A DNA stretch of 52,893 nucleotides from a virus (taxonomy: Duplodnaviria > Caudoviricetes). Under the pieces are notes generated by a model, which had not been told where the DNA came from, did no database searches, and saw only the letters and a list, made by a program, of their open reading frames with translations. The stretch is from positions 1 to 52,893 of IMG/VR virus record IMGVR_UViG_3300032328_000405; one strand, written 5' to 3'. Within the stretch, counting starts at the first letter, position 1; each line of letters begins with the position of its first letter. Positions 47,301-52,893 of the stretch are shown here, piece by piece. A program made the position numbers and the translations under genes.

Positions 47301-47550
47301 AAGGAGCCTTTTCGCTATACGCTACTTTAACCGTCTTCCCCGTATCTACTTTTTCATAGTGTTGAGGGACTGCCGGAATGGTTTTTGTTCCAATGTCGTT
47401 AAGGCTAGTGACTCCGTATTGGTTATACAGGATGTCAGACATTATCTGAACGTGTCGATCTGCCTGCAAAGCCTTATTAGAGTACGCGCCATTAGCCGCA
47501 TTATTTATTAAAAATAATTCCCCTTTTAGCTTTGTGAGCGCATCATCCAT
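41314..47550 (-). CDS. Giant (2078 aa) internal virion protein with mucin-like Ser/Thr repeats
   Basis: Hydrophobic G/A segment, coiled coil, KAS and VSVTTSPE repeat arrays, C-terminal 'GPGDGQSDDIPAMLADGEFV' domain. Confidence 0.75.
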   Translation of the reverse strand: MDDALTKLKGELFLINNAANGAYSNKALQADRHVQIMSDILYNQYGVTSLNDIGTKTIPAVPQHYEKVDTGKTVKVAYSEKAPYGTGYVTKYKYEPVYTSKLIPTKPAYEVTINKLNGKEIPAKFGSTGEGEGWTDYSLQPVKQANGTTLFAPSPQWSDSSDWNKIAPILFLGVSLTGVGGLIGAAAGLSGAAAGAFGTAVISTAIQAAANKIGDVGDIFESFAKGFAGDYLGNLVGKEIGGVIDSTFGKGDVANVIKQTVVSGTKNTIQSIVRTGDAGDVLKTFAEAGVGAAIPYVLGQVSDFGKLSPGSQQIIADAVEAKLSKQPVTAAVIQSAITASGIITDSVKGLGLTPQQERLLVSGISNTATALIQNKPIDQALIKTMVKAGQDSFNQLARSGVESLKKNLSTGAQQKIKTSGDLSSFVEKSAADLDGLVDTITASQNRQSVLQERLSTIKSQLDPAMTEFNDAQKAQEKATSDYYSLIESGAGLGEINNQIDTLNKANERYSIASSSLQNRWNKFKDETGELNRELDTLKASIPKSVEQFNALKSDLAAAGSNLKEYNDKLNDQTKISFVKSLAPEFDAKQYSDLHGNPPEDSYDHWLSSGMSQPINKSEQKLKDLSDNQGIADGLSKAANVPASMLNQDVVNDLADAYSDYGDQTPSSFTVKPSAAREWATAAYEAGKKGQKTFQVTGEDGAVYTVNTPPEALAKTTIVKDKAPALSKVYGSWDPPPLSVFELPTGAKFATPDQIYKERTATMLRNPDGSYVWVQIQSARVRDQKYGISDPDEIKKIDPTAYLSTIKSIPANLRPASLDKQESEIFKSAAGIVDSLKDKTPSVVRDAVSVLLSGGADAAKTFALISSALGVDAKNTAAGKLSDSLSKLSDKVRTPESQAALDKITGDVAGAKGFSGTAAAIAENLFENPKAILFHFVGQEVVSEALTGGLGIAAAKYATSAARSYGATKELASFIGRRAGVVVAEGSETFAGAVGGFDTTYKDVYSAAIKSGKSPAEAAEMAMTAGMSVAAATLVTSTALQAKGNKDSSNLLSKILVKNGDTPAGQNAQDALNRYVSTVRKTTTGEAREEAVEDAVPALVADIYKATNGLEVDPGKNLAQAAFAGLVGGLTGGTIASVAGLKGNLAIFTNPDVAIAVAQGQKVDPNDAVSSAKAISSISDAAKASGVTDPSLIAYIANSANSKFAITPEEVDEMYQAEGAGNPTEQVYKSLVGAGETQERALENARAAIDPTYVSRDELQNIAKQFNNFVVPEEVAAKYAGSGKEEDVLKQAAVEFKALAEASTSKASTEKASVDKVSTEKASVDKASVDLSVSKASTEKASITKASIDKASTEKASITKASIDKASIEKASVNKVSTEKASVAKASVSASLAKVSEEKASTSKASAEKTSMAKASVSASLIKASEDKASIDKVSAEKASVAKASVSNSLAKASEDKASIAKLSAEKKSADKLSVEKASRDKSSFDKEMVDKTQKEKASLRSVSAEKVSLEKASTEKASAEKNSIYKASVSKASADKASISRSVKLSAEKASIDRASVYRESVEKVSASKASVSESVKLSVKKASIDKASTYRASVEKVSADKVSKTKASIEKASADKVSVIPETKVTVTTSKQVSVTTSPEITVTTSKEVTVNPEVTVTTSKQVSVTTSPEVTVTPEVTVTTSPEVTVTPEVSVTPEVTATTSPEVSVTTSQEVSVTPEVTATTSPEVSVTTSPEVTVTTRPEVSVTTSPEVSVTTSQKVSVTTSPEVSVTTSPEVSVTTSPEVSVTTSTDVSVKTSTDVSVDVLPTVPTPTSTLTSSVTITPTLTSTITSTITPTASITTTVSVTPTVSVTPTVSVTPTASITTTASVTSTKPSLTISIPRRRAGFQFSMPKIAAGVAAATPFLEISPMVIGGKPGYRGILDQFFAKVEQNTAPEVTQPEAPMPKQQYYEYGEAPSIDEILGTEEPEVEEMAFAKGGLADPFKKLYKSGKMRTDYRRGDAVSGPGDGQSDDIPAMLADGEFVFPADVVAALGNGSTKAGSEQLYKMMHNIRARARKAAPKDLPPKALSPLEYMKRRK
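41930..42690 (-). repeat. Thr/Ser/Val/Pro mucin-like repeats (VSVTTSPE 24-bp and TVSVTP 18-bp units)
   Basis: Directly visible tandem units, e.g. gtaaccgaaacttctgggctagta. Confidence 0.95.
42697..43656 (-). repeat. Pentapeptide [ED]KAS[TVIA] array (15-bp units, roughly 60)
   Basis: Directly visible in translation and DNA (agaagccttttctgt variants). Confidence 0.95.
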
Positions 47551-47553
47551 ATA

Positions 47554-48507
47554 TCACCATGTCCCTGTTCGAGCTTTTTCGTGAATTATTTTGTTTTTAT
47601 AGTCAATCCCGGAAAACTCTGCAAATTGCTCTAGAGTTCTAACGTTACCCAAGCCAAACCGCCCAACATCTTCGCTGCGAAACAACATTGCAGAAAGGCG
47701 CATTTTGGCTCTCACATCAAGATTCCCCCATTTTAACTTACGATCTTCGTCTTCATCTTCCGACCAATGTTTTTTTCTGTAGCTGTCTCCGTCACCCTTT
47801 TCAAATAAGTGATAAATCGGCATCGCAGGGGCATGATACACATCCCATCCATGAGTAAAAGCCCTGACAGCTAAAGAGTGCTCCTCTCCATTAAAGTAAA
47901 GGTAGGGGTCATATGGGACGTCGTACACAAACTTCCCTGGCGCAAAAATACACCCAGCGCCAATATAAAAACCTCTCACTGGAATCAAAGAGTCAACCCC
48001 AACTGGATGTACAGGTATCACCACACCGTTTTCTTCAAAGGACGCATCTTTTGTACAAACGTGCCCGATCACCTTCTCATCATCAATAACCGGCGTTGAC
48101 TTCCCGTTCTTAAACGTAAACCCTCGAGGATAGCTAGAGATCAGGCACTTCTTGTTGCTCATGCGTAGAATTTTGCTCATCTCAACAAAATACTCGTCCC
48201 AGTCATCCCCAAAAATGGTGTGAGAGTCGCACTGCAGCAGCCAGTCCTCATCGTTGTACAGCGACATCTGAATGGACCGAGCCCAGCAGGCGCCCCTTGA
48301 GGCCGTCGGGTCTATGGCTATGTAGGTGATGTCTGCGCCGAAGAAGGCATTCTGGTTTATGCGGTGCTCCAGGACCTCCTGTTCAACAATCCCAAACCTA
48401 AGCCTCTCTGGGTACTTGGCATGGTCTAGGGCGCTTTTGATTGTGTGTGCTAGTAACGGGTCGCGATATGATGAGATACCAACAAAAATAGTGTCAGACA
48501 TTTCCAT
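47554..48507 (-). CDS. GT60-type glycosyltransferase (Skp1 Gnt1/OGNT-like polypeptide GlcNAc transferase)
   Basis: 'IFVGISSYRDP', 'RGACWAR', 'QCDSHTIF..WD', 'ISSYP', 'AGCIF', 'VPYDP..F.GEE..R.FTHGWD.Y'. Confidence 0.85.
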   Translation of the reverse strand: MEMSDTIFVGISSYRDPLLAHTIKSALDHAKYPERLRFGIVEQEVLEHRINQNAFFGADITYIAIDPTASRGACWARSIQMSLYNDEDWLLQCDSHTIFGDDWDEYFVEMSKILRMSNKKCLISSYPRGFTFKNGKSTPVIDDEKVIGHVCTKDASFEENGVVIPVHPVGVDSLIPVRGFYIGAGCIFAPGKFVYDVPYDPYLYFNGEEHSLAVRAFTHGWDVYHAPAMPIYHLFEKGDGDSYRKKHWSEDEDEDRKLKWGNLDVRAKMRLSAMLFRSEDVGRFGLGNVRTLEQFAEFSGIDYKNKIIHEKARTGTW

Positions 48508-48736
48508 TCATCGTGTTAATAAGGGCAGAGGCCCAGTCCGACCAGTCTCCGTAATGATCAGGATCGGGGATGGCTTCGTTCGCAAAGACTCCGATAGCCT
48601 TGAGGCCTCGACCCCACTGCCGCCAATCAGTCTTCTGGTTTGGTATCTCAAGCTGATTACTGGCAAATTGCTCCACCATCAAGTCAGCCCAAGAGACAAA
48701 AGTATGATAGCGCGGGTCATATAAAACAGCCATCAA
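48494..48736 (-). CDS. Small tail-module protein
   Basis: 80 aa; 'DPR..W..W..W..PDP..W.DWA'. Confidence 0.7.
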   Translation of the reverse strand: MMAVLYDPRYHTFVSWADLMVEQFASNQLEIPNQKTDWRQWGRGLKAIGVFANEAIPDPDHYGDWSDWASALINTMNGNV

Positions 48737-50946
48737 TACCCCCGAACGTCGCCGACATCTCCACTTAGCAACACCTTCCCGAGCTGGTAATTGCCGTTCA
48801 CCACGTTGCTAACAAAACGCAACCTCATCTCCCGCCTCTGCTCCTTCATATCAATTTTCCCCGTATCAGGCCCAAATACATAGGGCCCAGACGTTGCATC
48901 AGCAGACTGTGCGTAAGGTCTTCCCGTGATTACCAGGCTCATGTCCCCGGTCTGTACAAAATCAGGCTCTACGCGCTCTAGACGCAGCCATTTGTTGTCC
49001 CCCGCTACCCCAGCCTGCCCAGGGATAGGAGCCGGTGCTGCAGGGCCTCCTGACACCCACCCCAGGTCGTTTGTCTCAAAGTAGGACTCAATTGCCGAGG
49101 CGTCCTGGCCAGTTACATCGTTAACGCCGTACTCATGCTGATAAATGCGAATCCGGTTCGATGGAGAACTGAACGTTAGCGTCTGGGTACCTGATCCAGT
49201 TGCCGCAATTGACATCTGAATGCTCTGAACATAAACCTCACTAACAGGAACAGAGAATCCAGCTCCACCAGGAATAGTCGCCGTCAGGACTGCCCCAATA
49301 ACGTACCCAGAGCCCCTGTTGACGATCGTCACCGAGGTAACAGAACCTCCGCCACCTACGACTATGTTTGCCGTCGCACCGAAGCCCCCGCCACCAGATA
49401 ATGCAGTCGCATTGTACGTCCCTGGCGTATAGCTAGAGCCACCCGTCAACGCACCGAGCGTCTTTAGGCTATTTGAAACAACCGAGACAACGGTAGTATT
49501 GGCCGCGACGTTGGTGCCGGTAATGACCTGAAGCGGATCTGCTAGGGGGCTTGCAAAGTCTGCGTTTAACCAGACGCTCCCGCTCACTGTTGTGAAGCTA
49601 TTCACAAATACCTGTGTGCTTGGGATTGTGGTTGACTGCGCCATAATCGGGTACGGGAAAACCATCGAGAAGTACCCAGCACTCCTGCGGGCCCCTAAAG
49701 CCTGGCCAGCGTCATACCATACCCCAGAGCGGACATTAAAAATCACCGCATCGTTACATTCAGTTGACGTGCCTCGAGGATAAAACCACCAGATTTCACC
49801 GAACCTTGGCACCTTTGTTGCCCAGACCTTCTGCCTCTGCGAATAGTTAAGGTTGTCAAAGAAGTAGTTCTGGTTAAAGTCGTTAGGGATCTCCTTGACC
49901 GTTCCGCCGTAGAGCAGGAATCTGTCAACGCCACACCAATAATAAATCCCGTCGTACTCAATCGCAGACTGGCTAGACATGATAGAAGTCTGCCCTGAGA
50001 CCGTCTCATAACGCCAAAACTGAGGTGGGGTACCAGAACCGCCAATATAAGAGACGCGGATTAGACTATCCAGACTCCAGAACAGGCCAGACGGGGAATT
50101 GCTACCGCCTCGAACGGCCAGCCCCTGCACAATCTTCCCGGTGGCGACGTTAACCTCGTTTGCATCCAATCCAACCCAATTTAAAGGGTTACCGGCCGAG
50201 CAGTTTTTAAGAAATCCGTTGTTGCCGTAGACGAAAACGTAAGGATGCAGCGAGACCACGCCACCAGAGACGTCTACGTTGTTGTCAAACGTGGCGGTAA
50301 TGGTTCCAGACGGGACAACATTGCTAACGGTCACCGATGTAGTGTTAACACCTACGACAACCGTATTAGCCGGGACATTGGTGCCGGTCATTGTCTGGCC
50401 CACCCCAACCAACGGGTTCGCTGCTGCCAGGGTTACTACGTTCGTATTGTTGCCAGTAATAGAGGCAGTAAAAACGCCGATCTTGGACATCGTGGTGCCG
50501 TTAATGTCGCCAATCAGCACAGGCGTATTAACCGAACCATCAACCGCGGCAAGGTTCTGACCAGGGTGAGCAACGATTGAGCCTACGCCGCTCCCGCCTA
50601 CGTCATAGAACCCATCAAACTGCCAGAGGTTGTTGGCGCTAACGGTAAAGTTAGACAGCGTAAAATTCTGAATACCCTGGCCGTTTCCGTTGTTGTCGAT
50701 CACCAGCTCCTGCAGGCCACCGCTGTAGCCCGAGAAAATCTGGTTGATACCGTTCGTGGCGTTGGACCACATCCCTCGAGAGGGCCCAGTAAGCTGATCA
50801 GAGAGCATTCGGTATCCGCCGATCTTACGGGGTCTGCCGCGCTGAAACCTTACCCAACGTCCATCAGTGTAGAAGTTTTTGTCAAATAGCGTCCCGTCGC
50901 GCTGTACTCCCGGCTGAGTATCTAGAGAAAAAACCTTTTTAGTCAT
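48733..50946 (-). CDS. Tail nozzle/stabilisation protein (podovirus tail tubular B-like)
   Basis: 737 aa; 'PGVQRDGT..WVRF.RGRPRKIGG', propeller-like core, 'EIWWFYP', 'RVEPDF'. Confidence 0.7.
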   Translation of the reverse strand: MTKKVFSLDTQPGVQRDGTLFDKNFYTDGRWVRFQRGRPRKIGGYRMLSDQLTGPSRGMWSNATNGINQIFSGYSGGLQELVIDNNGNGQGIQNFTLSNFTVSANNLWQFDGFYDVGGSGVGSIVAHPGQNLAAVDGSVNTPVLIGDINGTTMSKIGVFTASITGNNTNVVTLAAANPLVGVGQTMTGTNVPANTVVVGVNTTSVTVSNVVPSGTITATFDNNVDVSGGVVSLHPYVFVYGNNGFLKNCSAGNPLNWVGLDANEVNVATGKIVQGLAVRGGSNSPSGLFWSLDSLIRVSYIGGSGTPPQFWRYETVSGQTSIMSSQSAIEYDGIYYWCGVDRFLLYGGTVKEIPNDFNQNYFFDNLNYSQRQKVWATKVPRFGEIWWFYPRGTSTECNDAVIFNVRSGVWYDAGQALGARRSAGYFSMVFPYPIMAQSTTIPSTQVFVNSFTTVSGSVWLNADFASPLADPLQVITGTNVAANTTVVSVVSNSLKTLGALTGGSSYTPGTYNATALSGGGGFGATANIVVGGGGSVTSVTIVNRGSGYVIGAVLTATIPGGAGFSVPVSEVYVQSIQMSIAATGSGTQTLTFSSPSNRIRIYQHEYGVNDVTGQDASAIESYFETNDLGWVSGGPAAPAPIPGQAGVAGDNKWLRLERVEPDFVQTGDMSLVITGRPYAQSADATSGPYVFGPDTGKIDMKEQRREMRLRFVSNVVNGNYQLGKVLLSGDVGDVRGY

Positions 50947-50947
50947 C

Positions 50948-52174
50948 TCAGAATACCCCGCCAGATACCCCGCCAGTGAATGTGCCGGAGCCGCTAATTG
51001 TTAGCCCAGTTGCAGCAAGAGCAAGCCGCTTAATCCCAAGTATGGAAAAGCCAATCTCCCCAGTACCGATGTAGTACATTCCGGTTGCGGCCTCCGACAA
51101 GAAGGACAAAGAAGGCGAACCAACCGAGCCATTCACAAGCGCAAGCGACGACCCCCCAACGTTAATCGTGGAGGCGTTGAAAAGGTTCACTGAGTCGCAG
51201 AGCAAAATAATCTGCTGGCTGCCAGGAACCGAAACAGTTGCAGCGCCAGCGACTCCAGTCGTGAAGGTGATTGAGCCACTTGACTGATTCGTAACGTAAT
51301 AAACCTGGATTGTCTGCGGCAGCACCACCGTCACAGGGTTAACGATCGTCCCGGTGTATTTCTGAATGACGTTAGCGGCCTCGGTGGCGGTCAGGGTATA
51401 CGACCCCTCAGAAACCGCCTTCGTCAACTGCGTAAAGTTAAACTGAGCGCTCCTGCCCAGTCCAACAGTAAAAAAAGCGGCCCCAGAGCAGCAAATCATG
51501 CACGAATCACTGGGAGCCAAAGAAATTGAATTTGAGCCGTCAATTAACTGGCCAGAACTCGGTGCAATAGCAAGGTTGCCGCTGCCACCGTTACGCACCA
51601 AGATAAACCAGTCATTACCAAGCGTGACGGCCGAGGTAAGCGTCAGGGTACCCGAGCCGCCCGTCCAGACAAAAGTATCCGCCCTGTCTGCCGAGACCGC
51701 CGTATAAGCATTAGAGAACGTGTTGACCTGATGCGCAGTATTAAGCGTGGACGAGATCGCCTTGAGACCGTACCCAGCGAGCGTGGCGGCATCGGCATTA
51801 GAAGACCCCACACCAAAGGCAATAGAGCCCCAGGTCCCGGCAGCGGTCGTGTTAGTGGTGATGTATATGTAACGCGCCTGCCCAGCGGCGATCGTAGCCA
51901 CCGCCCCGCCCGCATTGTCTAGTACATTAAAGGAGTTCGCGCCAGTGTTGCGGATTAGGCTGTCTTGACCAACAGAGGCCTGGTTCGCAGCGGGGAGGGT
52001 GATCGCTAGCCCCGCAGTGGTCGCAGAAACGTCCATGATGCGGGCAATTACATCCCCCGCGGCGTTACCACTAACCGGCCATGAAAGCGTCGTGTTAGCC
52101 GTTAGAGAGATGCTGCGGTAGGAGACGTCGGTAGGCTGAATGACGTCGCCGGTGAACGGGCTAATAAAACTCAT
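50948..52174 (-). CDS. Tail structural protein
   Basis: 408 aa, three similar beta modules ('ITLPAA..IRN.G'). Confidence 0.65.
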   Translation of the reverse strand: MSFISPFTGDVIQPTDVSYRSISLTANTTLSWPVSGNAAGDVIARIMDVSATTAGLAITLPAANQASVGQDSLIRNTGANSFNVLDNAGGAVATIAAGQARYIYITTNTTAAGTWGSIAFGVGSSNADAATLAGYGLKAISSTLNTAHQVNTFSNAYTAVSADRADTFVWTGGSGTLTLTSAVTLGNDWFILVRNGGSGNLAIAPSSGQLIDGSNSISLAPSDSCMICCSGAAFFTVGLGRSAQFNFTQLTKAVSEGSYTLTATEAANVIQKYTGTIVNPVTVVLPQTIQVYYVTNQSSGSITFTTGVAGAATVSVPGSQQIILLCDSVNLFNASTINVGGSSLALVNGSVGSPSLSFLSEAATGMYYIGTGEIGFSILGIKRLALAATGLTISGSGTFTGGVSGGVF

Positions 52175-52803
52175 TATGAATCCCTCACGACTGTTTGACG
52201 GTCACCGATCCTGGCAACATCCTCTGTTTTGAGTGTGGCAATTACCCGATCGTACTGCGCCTGCCACATCGGCATCCGTTCGTCATTCTTCAAAAACGGC
52301 ATCGCCTGCAGCAAACTGCCATACAGCATCGCCTGAGGAGCGTACTGAGTAAACCAGTTCGTTTGATTCGTGACGTCCAGGGGCTGCACCCGCTCGTAAT
52401 ACAGAATCTCGTAGTTATAAGCCAAATCAGGTGTCGGCGCCACTAGCCAATGAGTGTAGTCGTAGTCACAATAATATATGGGCGTATCCGTCTGAGTGGC
52501 GTTAGGCCAGTAATTCCTCAAATACTCGTACTTACGCAAGAACACCGGCTGACGCTGGTTGTTATCAATAAGGTTGACGGAGACAGTCTTACGCCACCTT
52601 GCCGGCTTGACAATAACGGGCTGGCCGACGTTCATCGTGCTAGTCACAACCGTCAAGTTGCCCAGGAATTGGATTTCCGTAGAAATAACCTGCTCCGCCA
52701 GCATGATAAAGGTCGGGATCTTCTCAAGCGTGGCCGTGTCCGTGCGCTCCAAATAAGAGGAGATGTCGGTCACCAAACTCGCATACGTCATCTCAACGGC
52801 CAT
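52174..52803 (-). CDS. Head-tail adaptor protein
   Basis: 'MTYASL..I..YLER..IPTFI.LAE', 'APTPD..Y', 'LYGSL..A.PFLKND'. Confidence 0.75.
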   Translation of the reverse strand: MAVEMTYASLVTDISSYLERTDTATLEKIPTFIMLAEQVISTEIQFLGNLTVVTSTMNVGQPVIVKPARWRKTVSVNLIDNNQRQPVFLRKYEYLRNYWPNATQTDTPIYYCDYDYTHWLVAPTPDLAYNYEILYYERVQPLDVTNQTNWFTQYAPQAMLYGSLLQAMPFLKNDERMPMWQAQYDRVIATLKTEDVARIGDRQTVVRDS

Positions 52804-52893
52804 GACAATTCCTTACTTTGCGGCTACGCCCTTGTGCTTCTCAAAACTGCGCATCCCGCCAAACCCAAGTAGTCCAGCAAGTAAAGTCATGAG
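52771..52893 (+). repeat. Terminal direct repeat, copy 2
   Basis: Identical to 1-123. Confidence 0.97.

Noticed and set aside
47554-48507. DNA-modifying glycosyltransferase (T4-like hypermodification)
   Set aside because: No hydroxymethylase, TET/JBP enzyme or own polymerase was seen; the gene lies in the virion operon and has protein-GT motifs. Not fully excluded without an assay

Overview
The window is a complete, circularly permuted tailed-phage genome of about 52,770 bp. Bases 1-123 are repeated exactly at 52771-52893, which is most likely assembly overlap. A long minus-strand late operon runs terS, terL, two cargo genes, portal, GroES-like chaperonin, scaffold, capsid and decoration genes, tail fibres, lysis genes, then across the junction to adaptor and tail nozzle, a glycosyltransferase and four internal virion (ejection) proteins ending in a lytic transglycosylase. 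The organisation is podovirus-like, with no tail tube or sheath recognised. A divergent early region carries an initiator, primase Zn-finger, helicase, RusA, SSB-like protein, exonuclease, phosphoesterase, FkbM methyltransferase and many small ORFs. No integrase, repressor, DNA polymerase, tRNA or CRISPR array was seen. The most striking system is a GT60-type (Gnt1/OGNT-like) polypeptide HexNAc-transferase gene 3 nt upstream of a 2078-aa virion protein with about 570 aa of Ser/Thr repeats, suggesting phage-encoded mucin-like O-glycosylation. Other candidates are a putative packaged effector with a self-promoted antisense immunity-like gene between terL and portal, a hydrophobic-x-x-GG motif shared by head proteins, a five-hairpin RNA upstream of terS, three repeated promoter/operator cassettes and roughly 3-fold enrichment of CTCGAG. 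All family calls come from motif recognition by eye, not database searches.
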